Both the position numbers and the translations under genes were made by a program. 64,000 bases of DNA from the NCBI GenBank assembly GCA_023213395.1, contig CM041465.1, positions 231,577,741-231,641,740 of the forward strand, written 5' to 3'. A model generated the notes under the pieces. That model was not told the DNA's origin and made no database searches. It saw only the letters and a list, made by a program, of their open reading frames with translations. The stretch comes from Cycas panzhihuaensis (taxonomy: Eukaryota > Plantae > Cycadophyta). Position 1 is the first letter of the stretch; every line of letters starts with the position of its first letter. Of the stretch, positions 53,301 to 64,000 are shown piece by piece.

Positions 53301-53640
53301 TAGAATTGGACCGTAACGCTTATATTAGAAAAGTCCTTCATGCCATTAGAAATGCTATAGATTATGTAAGAATAATTAGAGTAGTGCTAGAAGAATACGA
53401 AAGGGGCTCAATCAAATGATACATTATATGTAGGTTAGAAAAGAACCCCATGAACGTTTGAGGATGGGGACAATGTTTGGTTGAACAAAAATCCCAATTT
53501 ACCCATTTTCATAGGAAAATCTACCAAATTGCCCTCAAGATATTGTGGACCTTTTCTAGTAATTAGAAGGTGAATTTTATTGCTTATCAAAATACATCGT
53601 ATATGTCATGTAATCTTTCTAAAGAAAGCACTATCTAGGT
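47386..53640 (+). mobile_element. Highly degenerate composite Ty3/Gypsy region (two gag remnants, protease, RT, RNase H, integrase)
   Basis: PBS-like TGGTTCCGTTGC 47386-47397. Gag1 at 48100-49180, gag2 FALNGATQVWWN at ~49770. LLVDNGCSHNFI (PR), HIDYRALN and FLDDIMIF (RT), CEQCQ and SMDFV (INT), RYCGPF. Confidence 0.8.
50745..50990. mobile_element. Solo LTR (246 bp) with perfect TSD, inserted between protease and RT
   Basis: TGTTAC...GTAATA flanked by GACAG (50740-50744) and GACAG (50991-50995). Confidence 0.8.
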
Positions 53641-53649
53641 TTCGTAACA

Positions 53650-55900
53650 TAATGCATATTTATGTTGATCTAAGTAGCTTGTACGGAAATGAAAATGTAC
53701 GGCTTTTATTCCTTCCATCAATTCAATTCAATGTTCTCCCAATTCTAGTGGTACCCCTTTTAAATCTTGGTAGGACCAGGCAAAAACATCTTTGTATTTT
53801 GAAAATAAATTTATAGCTTGCTGAGTTATATCCTTATCCTAATAGTCTCCTATTAAGATCATCTAGGAATGTTCTTCCATGCCCAAATTTATTTGTTGGA
53901 TTTTTAGTTGCTCATTTTGCCATCTTTATTCAACATGTATGCTAGTGTTTGATCAATTGTTTTTCTTCCATATTCCGTATTGGAATATTCACCAGGAAAT
54001 TCACAATTCTTATCCACCACTTCGATTTGATTACATCTCTGCTCAATTTCAATCCCAGAGGTGCTCATCATTTTTGAAATTCCCGAGTCATGGTGCGAAA
54101 AAACTTTGCAAAATTTTTTGCTGAGTCTTTGTTTTTCTATAACTGGATTCGAGAAAGTATCTTGGACAGGTGTTGAAGTTACTTTCCTACTTCGTGTTTG
54201 CAACTAGAGAGACACTTCCTTATCTGGAACGATCGCAATCAAATTAGCATTCTGTGTTTTATTTTTTGGACAATTTGTCCACTTGTGATCTGTTGGTCCA
54301 CATTTTTCACTGATGAATTCTCCATCCTTCTTCTCTTACGTACAATCTGATCTAAAATGACCCCGTCTTTAGCATAGAAAGAACAAACATGCTTTGCCTT
54401 TCCTTTATATTGCCTTCCTGTTTTTTTCGACTTTTGTAGGAATACATTGTGGACATCATTTTTAGGTCGAGAAAAACATTCCCACATATTGTGGTTAGTT
54501 TTCTTACAATATTCACACCATGTTGTTGCTTTATTATGCTCATTTCTTAGATGACCTTGTTGATTGTATGGTGGCAGACACCATATATTATCTCACGACT
54601 TTTCCAGACTCAACCTAGCTAATTCTGCACGCAATTTCTCCATCTCTTAGTTTTGGTGCATGTTAGCCAATATTGCCACTGATGGTTGCTTTCTTAATGC
54701 TTCCACCTCTTTTCTCAATGCTTCATCTCCAAATTTGTTCCCATCTGGGCTGTTTGATTATATGTTCCCCATGTCTACATTACTGATGATGGATGAGAAA
54801 AAGCTAGACCCATTTGTCTTGTCTGTTGATTTGCCCATTGAGAGCATGTAGTCTTCATTTGATTTTCAAATTTTAGGGCTAGCTCGCGTACTTGTTCATA
54901 ATTATTCATTGAGTGCAACATGACTTTCTCCCTCAACTGTGGAATTAAGCCTTGAACAAAATATTTTGTCGCCAACATCATACTAGGTGCCATTAGTGGT
55001 TGCATTTTTCTCATTATTATCCTCATTCGGCCATCAAAATCATTTACAGATTCTGTAGGATATTGCTTTGTTTCTTCTAGGGCCTGAAAAATAGCCATGG
55101 GGTCTCTCAATTTTTGGAATCAATCCAAAAATTTGTCTTGCAATCTATCCCACGATAGATTTTGCGTTGCAACATACTGGAACCATGCAAATGCTGCTAC
55201 TTGCAAGGTGGAAAAGAATCAGGCTTTTATCTCCTTTGGATCTGTGACTCTCTTTATTTTTAGCATATTTTTAAATAATGCTAGATGGTCTCCTGGCTCT
55301 GACAATCCATCAAATTGTATAATCGAAAAGGTGGAATCATGTTGTACAATTATACAAGGTTCGACTAGTCTTGCTCTGCTCCCTTGGTCCATTCCACTTA
55401 GCCTTGGATTGCCACTTTCTCCTATATTGGTAAACAGTGATTGACTTGATGATGGACCTCTACCTCCCGAATTTTCACCTGGCGGTGGGCTTCCTCCCCC
55501 TGCACTACCCCCGAGCTTACCATTGTGGCCTTAAACAAAGGATTCAAAATGTGACTTAAAGGGGTTCTAACCTCCAACCAATGATGGTTCCACTCTCTAT
55601 TTGTTGTACTATACAATTATAATTCAATCGAACTATTCGTACCTTCTTGGCACGATAAGCCTTCAACAAATTCTTTATCGCTTTTTCTCTCCCGAGCTTC
55701 TATTCCAATAAGATCAATGCATACGCTTAGCTATCTTCAACTTCAATTATCTTTTCTTCGATAGACTCTTCAAGTATTTCTGCCTCTATTTGCTTTTCGC
55801 CTTCCTTACTCAATTTCCTTCTTCCAATCAAGTTAGCGTCGCCTCTTCACTTGTTTTCTTGGCGTAATTATGAATCTCAGCTTCCTTACTCCAGTCTGGA
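53650..55900 (-). pseudogene. gag: Ty3/Gypsy gag remnant with three CCHC zinc knuckles, truncated at the start of RT
   Basis: KQYPTESVNDFDGRM...YFVQGLIPQLREKV (retrotrans gag). Knuckles CEYCKKTNHNMWEC, CSFYAKDGHFRSDC (after a frameshift) and SEKCGPTDHKWTNC. IELMEGIKAVH near 53700. Confidence 0.8.
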
Positions 55901-56469
55901 GTTTATCATTATCCCAATGCTCTCCGCCTTCTCTTCGTGATTCTTTTTCTACCCTGGGTGGCATGGAAGAGGTCCAATTTATTTATTTGGTTCTATCCAT
56001 TTTGATGTTTTTGAATCGCTAGGATTTCATTAGGCAACAAAACCAATGTGTGTTGTGCACCTATTCGTCTACCAACACTCATCAATGAATAAGGCAAGCA
56101 CAAGAAGCACCAATATGATACAAAACATAATACCATTAAGATAGGGAGCTGTGTCTGGTCCTCTCATAACCAGACGTAGACTCGACAATACATAGAAAAC
56201 CAATGGCAAATCAAGCTTACAATGACAAGATTTTACAAGTACTCATCATTAGCATTATTGTTCTAACCCCCGCCCTCCCCCCCCCCCCAACCCTTTCACT
56301 CTCATTTATTCATAATTCCCAACAGTTTCAACTATCATTGATTACAATTGAAGCAACAGTTGATTCACCAGTATTCCAAAATACATTCAAATTATTATTT
56401 TATTATAGTCCTAAATTACAATTTGTTTGCAATTACGTTCTTGACTATGATCAGCTCGTGCTTACGATT

Positions 56470-56880
56470 GGTTGCAATCTGCTCGTAATCTCGACTCAAA
56501 CTGCGATTTGTTGGCAGTCTCGACCGAACTACGATATGCTAGCAATCTCGACCGAACTACAATCTGCTCGCAATCTTGACCCGAATTGCGATTTGCTCGC
56601 AATCTCGACTCGAATTGCGATTTGCTCATGATCATGACCTGAATTGCGATCTGCTTGCAATCACGACCCGAACCACGTTCTGTTCACGATCATGACCCAA
56701 ACTGTGATTTGCTCGCAATTTCGACCTAAACTGCGATCTACTCATGATCACGACCCGAACCATGATTTTCTTAAGATCACGACCCAAACCATGATCTGCT
56801 TGCGATCACAACTTGAACCGCGACCCAAACTACGATCTGCGTGCGATCACGACCCGAGCCACAATTTGCTCGTAATCCAA
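56470..56880. repeat. 28-29-bp tandem array (~14 copies) with an internal palindrome
   Basis: Consensus about AACTGCGATTTGCTCGCAATCTCGACCCG; the best copies contain ATTGCGA-N5-TCGCAAT. Confidence 0.88.
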
Positions 56881-57105
56881 AAATCAAAACTCCTTTCAAA
56901 AATTGTGTGTGCAATTTTGCCCACACACATCTCCCTTGTCACAAAACCAACAAGTACCCTTGTTTGCAAACAAATTTTCTTTCTTCAGCTATTCCTCCCC
57001 CCTGCCCCTCCTAAAAAAAAAGCAAAACAATTAATCAATTGTTCACATGTCATTCAACTCTTTATGCAAACAATTCATTGTTTGACGGATATAATTCATA
57101 TATGG

Positions 57106-58110
57106 TCATACAATAGTTGGTGGGATTTGAATTCCCTGCGACTGGTAATGATCCACGAGGATCGCAAGATCTCTTAGCGCGTCCAACTTTGCCAATGTGG
57201 GTTTTTCCCCCTTGTGCAACTTCAGAACTTCTTCCTTCGCTTCATATTGTATAGTTGCTTCGTCCTTGAGAGATCTTTCTGTGAATGACATATCTTTGTC
57301 CAAAACTTAGTCGCATGTTCAACATCTTCTTTTTTCTTGAGTATCCATGCGCCCAATTTATAGATTACCTGATGGAAACGATTTTTAAACGCTTGAATTT
57401 TGGATGTGATTTCATCAGTATCTCTTACCTAAGCCAAATGAATTCCTTCAAAAATTCTAGGCGAGCTTCTGTTGCTGCCAACTTTTCTTCGAGCTTCTGT
57501 ATCCTTTGCATATCCGACGGAGGTCTTCGATTCCTCTGTTCTAATTTTATTACAAGTTGTCTTGTCACCCTTGCGAGGAAGGAAGTTTTCCATTGAGAAA
57601 CATCTTGCTGGTCACGACTCATCAGATCAAGGCCTTCTTCCAAATATTTCTCAGATTGACTGAATTCTACTTTTGGTGCTTGATTGTTCAATGCTTCTAA
57701 AATTTCTTGTTGTCTCTTTTCCGTTGCCAATTTTCTTCTTTTCTGTTTCTCCTCATCTTCACACTTTAATGGTTCCATTGTTCTTGCCTTTTTCTATACT
57801 TGTTCTGCTTCCCCCTTTTCTGCAGCAGGTTCTTTTCCTACCTTTCGTTTCCCTTCTCTTATTTCTACTTTCCTACTCCTTTCTTCTCTTTTCCTCTGGT
57901 TTTTCTCCCTTACTGGGTTCCATGACATCGCCTTGACTCGCAATTTTTCCTCTATTTCTTCTTCTCCTACTGGACACAACTGGGGAGTGCTCGCCTGCCA
58001 CTGTAGGTGAAGCCAATTACTAACTTGTTCATGTAACTGAGTTAATGGTAAAGAACCTTGTCCTCGTTCTCTTGAATATAATTCTATCCATTTTGCTAGG
58101 ATAGGTTGTC
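57106..58110 (-). pseudogene. C-terminal charged/coiled-coil part of a retrotransposon accessory ORF
   Basis: Frameshifted ORFs 57794-58110, 57425-57778 and 57106-57303, rich in E/K/R (RIQKLEEKLAATEARLEFLKE); truncated at the chromovirus LTR. Confidence 0.5.
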
Positions 58111-61100
58111 TAAAGCGATCTCTTTCAGAATCTGGCCGACTTCTATGTGCTAGTTGTGGCCGACTTCTTATGATTATGTTGAATGCATTTCTCCCTGCGT
58201 TGGCCGACTTCTTTATGTCCCAGTTTGAGCGCCTATTTATAGGGACTTTGAGGTCTTTCCAAGGCACCCATTTGTGAAGTGTCTCCTCCTTATTTTCGGC
58301 CTTAAGGCAATTGCAGATTTTCGGCCTTAGGGCTGCAATTTCTGAGGAGGATCCCTGCCTCAAAGGGTCTTGTGTTATTGCAGGAAGTACAGGTACTTTG
58401 TTGGAACTCTACTTATATTTCCGAAGTGGGAAATTGTTTACGAGGAGGAGGAAATTTTAGTAATTCAGAAAGAACCAAGACGGAATTAAGATCTAGAAGG
58501 ATCAGCCCACAAAGCAAGATGCTGAGGTCCCACAATTCAGAAGACAATGTAGTAGAAAACCTGATAACTGTCATGGAGGAACTTTTACAACAAATCAAGA
58601 ACTTTAATGGAAGATTGGAGAAACAAGAGATAGTTCTTCCTAAATTAGAACAGGATTCAAATCAAGACACAGATCAAGGGAACCACGAAGGTAGGTTCAA
58701 AGAAGGGTTTGTTTTTCAGCGAAGAAGTGTAAATTAAGGAGGACTAACAAAGATCGCATTAGAAAAATTTGATCTAGAAAAAACACGGGACATAAGGACA
58801 TGGCTACTCCAAATGGAAACATATTTCGCAATGAACTAGACACCAAGCATAGATATGGTGCCCATCACCTCCTTACATCTCTATGGACGAGCCTTAAATT
58901 GGTACTATTGGTGGAAAAAGATGTAAGGACCTCAGTTAGAGGAATGGAGAAATTTTCGAATAGCCATCATCAATCAATATGAAGACTTTGGTCCATGAAT
59001 TACTTTGCACAGTTAACAAGACTGCAACAGACGGGATCAGTTCGTGAATACACGGAACAATTTCAGATGTTATAGTGTATGGTTACATCAAACATTGTCC
59101 AAGAACGTCTTAGGGAGACATATACAAGTGGTCTCAAGGCCCCCATCAGATTTCGTGTATTAGCACAGCAACACGAAGCATTAAAGGAGATCATAAACCA
59201 CGCTAGATGTGTTGAAGCAGAACTAAAGGAAACCAGGCCTACCTTTGTGAGAAGAACGGATTTTGCTCCACCACCTAACACAAATTGGCATAAATCAGGA
59301 GTTAAGTCAGACGCTGCACTCGCAATCAAGAATACAACAGAAAATCCCACTCGACAAGAACACATACAGAAGGTACTTGTTTCAAATGCGGAGGGAAATG
59401 GAACCAAGAGCACTAGTGCCTAGGAAAAAAGATATTTATGCTGAATAATGAAGAACTGGAGATACCTGAACAGACAGAAGAAGACGCAACCCAGATCAAG
59501 AGGACAACAATGAACAAGTCGAAGCTGAATTAGATGAATTACTAGAAATCGATACAGAGAATGTTCAAATATCTCTGCAGGCCATAACAGGTCAAAGTAC
59601 GGCACCTCAAACACTACAATTTGAATGGATGTTGAAAGGAGCTCCAATAGTGGTATTGGTAGATAGTGGGAGTACCCACAATTTTATCAACAGACCAACA
59701 ACCCAAAAGCTAGGAATAAAGATGGAACCATTAAAAACCTTCCAAGTCTCAATTGCGAATCTGAAGACAAGACTCATGGAGGATTCTGCAAAAACATCAA
59801 CCTGAAAATTGGTGAATACCCGTTGAACTCTAATATGTTTGCAATGTAGATAGGAGGCGTTGATATAGTTCTAGGGGCACAATGGTTGCAAACCCTGGGA
59901 AATATAGTCACCAATTACATGACTAGAGTCATGTGCTTTTGTATAAACGGCACAAAATATATACTATGTGGACCTAAAAATCCACCAACACAATTAGTAT
60001 CATCTCACAGAATGGAAAGAATCATGTAGAAGAAAGCACCCATATACGTAGTGTCGTGTCATAAGATAGAAATCCATGAAATCCCAATGGAAATCCAGTA
60101 CATCTTGGATGAATATAAACAAGTATTCGAAGAACCAAAAGGATTACCTCCAACAAGAGAATTTCAGCACGCGATTGATTTAGTCCTGTGATCGTCACGG
60201 TGAACATAAGGCCATACAGGCACCCATACCACATGAGGAAAGAGATCGAGAACATAACTAGAGAATTGATCGCTCAAGGCCATATTCAGAGTAGCATAAG
60301 CCCATTTGCATCCCCAGTGGTTATTAGCCCTAAGAAAGATGGCACAATTAGGATGTGCGTGGATTATAGGGCACTAAACAAGTTGACGATAAAAAATCGA
60401 TAACCTATCCCTAGGATCGATGACCTACCAGACGAAATACATGGAGCAAAATACTTCTCCAAGATGGACCTCCGATCGGGATACCATCAAATTCAAATAA
60501 AAGAATCTACAAGACATCATTCAAAACTGATCAGGGACTATTTGAATTCAAAGTGATGCCGTTCAGTCTAACCAACGCTCCAGCAACATTCCAGGTCACC
60601 ATGAATGCCACATTCAAAGAATTCCTAAGGAAATTCGTGCTCATCCTTTTCAACGATATCCTCATTTACAACAAAACTTGGAGAGAACATTCGGAGCACC
60701 TGAGGTTAGTCCTGGAAATTGTAACAAAATGATTATTTTTTGCAAACAAGAAAAAATGCTCTTTCGGACAACAGGAACTCAAATATCTCAGTCACATAAT
60801 TACTCCAAATGGAATCAAGGTTGACCCCAAGAAGGTCCAAGCGGTAATTGAGTGATCGGCACCAAAGAATGTCACGGGAATTCGTAGCTTTTTAGGAGTA
60901 GCAGGATATCTCAGGAAGTTCATAAGGGGATATGCGAACATGGCAGCCCCACTTATGGATCTAACAAAAAGGACGCCTTCACATGGAACGAAACAACCAA
61001 CAAAGCCTTTAAAGAACAAAAAAGTGCAATGATAAGAGCCCTAGTTTTGGCAGTCCCAAATTTTTCAAAACCGTTCATCTTAGAATGCGATGCATCAGGG

Positions 61101-63329
61101 TTTGGCATAGGAGCTGTCTTATTACAAGACGAAAGACCAATAGTGTACGAAAGCGAGAAATTGAATAACAGAGAAAAGCTGAAACCCATCTACGATAAGG
61201 AGATGCTAGCAATAATGCATGCGATCAATCGATGGAGACAATATTTAATGGCAGCCCCTTCTAGGTACGAACAGACCACGACAGTCTCAAATACTTCTTA
61301 AATCAGAAGACACTGTCAGACGAACAACAGAAGTGGGTGAGCAAACTACAAATGTTTGACTTCTCCATAGTGTACAAAAGAGGCAAAGACAATGTCATAG
61401 CGGACGCCCTATCAAGAATTCTAAAAGAAATTCAAGAACAATGAACACTACATACAATATCAGCCGCTACCCCAACATGGCAGGAGACATTAAAGAAGGA
61501 ATATGACAAAGATTCGAAGTACAAACAATTGATAGACAAAACAGGGGAGGATAAAACTTGCTTGTATGAGGTACAACAGGTAGTAATACTCAGGAAAGAA
61601 AAGATCTGCATTCCTAGAAGATCAAGGCTAAAAGACATAATATTACAAGAAGGCCATTCCACATCGATAGCAGGTCACACGAGCATTGACAAGACATACA
61701 AAAAGATAAGAGCTTCATTTTACTGGAAAGGATTAAAAACAGATGTTCAGAAGTTCATGGAAGAATGTGATACTTGTCAAAGAAATAGGATTGAATGCAT
61801 AAAACCTCTAGGCTTGCTCTAGCGGTTACCAACGCCAGAACAAAAATGAGACGAAATATCCATGGATTTTATAACCGACTTACCCTGCTCTGAAGGGAAG
61901 GATGCAATTCTGGTCATAGTTGATTGCCTCATCGAATATGGCCACTTTATAGGATTGAAATCGATAGCTAAGGCTAGCGATGTGGCAGGAGTATACATGA
62001 AAGAGATCCATCGGTTACATGGCTTCCCTAAAGCAATGGTAAGTGATCGTGAACCAAAATTTACTAGTAAATTTTGGCAGGACCTATTTAGAATTGCAGG
62101 AACAAAACTCAAGATGAGCACAACATACCACCCTCAGACTAATGGGCAAACATAGATCATCAACAAATGTTTAGAGGGATACTTAAGGAACTTCTACTCA
62201 GACAAACAAAAACAATGGCATCAATGGCTACATTTAGTAGAATGGTGGTACAACACCACATATCATTCTTCAACAAAAATGACACCTTTCCAGGCTTTAT
62301 ATGGCTACATGCCACCATCATTATTAACCTGGAATAGACCTTCAAGGGTCCAGGCAGTCGAAGAACATCAAAAGCAAATGGAGAAAACCATCAACAAATT
62401 GAAGGATAACTTAGCAATGGCACAAAACAAAATGAAATAGTAGGCCGATCAAAAGTGACTTGAACGACAATTCGAGGTAGGTGATTGGGTCTTCTTACGC
62501 CTTCAGCTGTACAAATAGATGTCCCTATAGAAAAGAAGCAATCAAAAGCTAACACCTAGATACTTTGGTCCTTACGAAATCATTTCCAAAATTGGTGAAG
62601 TCACTTACTAGTTAAAACTCCTAGAAAACACGAAGATTCACAACGTTTTTCATGTGTCCTGTCTGAAAACGAAGATTGGGGAAAAGATCGTTCCTCAATC
62701 TAATATACCAGAACTCGACGACGAAGGAAATATAACACTGGAAGCCGAAGAAGTCCTGCAATCCCGCACCTGATCACTCAGGTCCAGACTGATCAAAGAA
62801 CACTTAATCAAATGGAAGAACCTGGATATTGAGGATGCCACATGGGAAAAAGATGAATGGTTAAAACAGTTTTCGAACCTGGCAGTGCTTTGAGGGCAAA
62901 GCACAATCTGGGGGGGGGGGGACTTGAAGCGATCTCTTTCAGAATCTGGCCGACTTCTATGTGCTAGATGTGGCTGACTTTTTATGGTTATGTTGAGCGC
63001 ATTCCTCCCTGCTCTAGCTGACTTCTTTATGTCCCTGTTTGAGCACCTATTTATATTGACTTTGAGGTCTTTCCAAGGCATCCATTTGTGAAGTGTCTCC
63101 TCCTTATTTTCGGCCTTAAGGCAATTGCAGATTTTTGGCCTTAGGGCTGCAATTTCTAAGGAGGATCCCTGCCTCGAAGGGTCTTGTGTTGTTGCAGGAA
63201 GTACAGGTACTTTGTTGGAACTCTACTTATATTTTGTGACGTTTTGGTATCATATTTTCTAGTATTTTGTATTTGATTTGTATTTGGAGATATAATCTTG
63301 GTATTATATATACGAAAGGTGTCCGCTAT
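58111..63329 (+). mobile_element. Chromovirus Ty3/Gypsy LTR retrotransposon (short LTRs, Reina/Tekay-like), degenerate
   Basis: LTR copies 58111-58420 and 62925-63234 (~93% identical by eye). Poly-G PPT 62910-62921. Order gag-PR-RT-RH-INT-chromodomain. Right end approximate; TSD not clean. Confidence 0.92.
58520..62893 (+). pseudogene. pol: Gypsy gag-pol pseudogene with chromodomain
   Basis: [106 protein letters not shown]. Confidence 0.93.
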
Positions 63330-64000
63330 CTGTAAAATTCGCCCTACTTGTTCTATTATTGGTGAACTCTCCCTCTCTTGTTCTATTTTTCTGTGAATTT
63401 GCTCTACTCTGTTCTATTTTTCCGTTCATTTGAGCAAAGGAATGGTTACATTGTCCTTCCTCAACCTCTAGCAATTGAATACTTGGACATTGAGAAAACA
63501 ACAAACCTTGAAACAGAGCGGGATAGAAAAATAAAACAGATTGAGTAGCACCTTTTACAGCTTCTAGATTTTTCGAGAATTTAGTAGCAACAAATTTAGC
63601 CCAATTAAACTTTTGGCCTTCTGTAACTTTAATCAACATGGTATGCGAATGAGTGGGCACAAATGAGTTCTTTTGTCCCAAAATAACTCTTGTAAATATA
63701 AAATGAGCTATCCAGTGCATTTCCTTGGATGAAATTCCTGAAATCCAGATTCTTGAGGTAGAAATGTCTATGACTCCTTAGCCCCAATTTCATGTGCGGC
63801 TTGTTCCCTAGATATCTACTTACCCATGGGAATATCTGGACCTTCATTGGGTAGCCCTGTTATCTTCGCAATCGCCTCTGTCGACAAATCCAACAGGGAT
63901 GGTTGCCGTACCACTAATGCGATTGCCATTGACAGAAAGGTATCTACATTTGGAAGAACTTTGACCAGCACATATTGGTTCAATCCCGCGCCTATCATCT
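63330..64000 (-). pseudogene. N-terminal part of a retrotransposon accessory ORF (plant-mobile-domain/'putative plant transposon protein'-like); continues off the right edge
   Basis: LSTEAIAKITGLPNEG and WIAHFIFTRVIL...GQKFNWAKFVA...FFYPALF resemble accessory ORFs of plant LTR elements; frameshifted. Confidence 0.55.

Noticed and set aside
56470-56880. CRISPR-like array of palindromic ~29-bp repeats
   Set aside because: Units are head-to-tail with no unique spacers, there are no cas genes, and the context is plant retrotransposon DNA.
56203-57177. 142-aa and 177-aa plus-strand ORFs
   Set aside because: By-products of the 29-bp tandem array; no domain evidence.

Overview
Eukaryotic plant nuclear DNA, AT-rich and mostly nested, decaying LTR retrotransposons. 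This suggests a large genome, probably a gymnosperm or fern (inference). The only host gene evidence is two in-phase coding exons (30685-30957, 31115-31720, +) of an At1g61900/At2g30700-like Cys-rich GPI-anchored protein. Its next conserved exon is not visible in the remaining ~32 kb, which suggests a giant TE-filled intron. Resolvable elements: a young Ty1/Copia (1018-8190, -) nested in an older relative; a full-length Copia with a perfect TSD (23980-29612, +); a small gag-only non-autonomous element (20950-23048); two chromovirus-type Ty3/Gypsy elements (38770-42900 -, 58111-63329 +); a very degenerate composite Gypsy (47386-53640 +); a Gypsy gag with three CCHC knuckles (53650-55900 -); two solo LTRs with perfect TSDs; and several minisatellites. 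I see no prokaryotic-type system, CRISPR array or RNA gene, and nothing I can confidently call a new biological system. The best leads are: (1) an LTR pair enclosing a Copia-type leader and a Gypsy body; (2) a triple-zinc-knuckle gag family with an upstream accessory ORF and a palindromic 29-bp array; (3) a conserved non-coding Copia leader block; (4) a candidate signal-peptide exon next to a Copia 3' LTR. All alignments and counts were done by eye.
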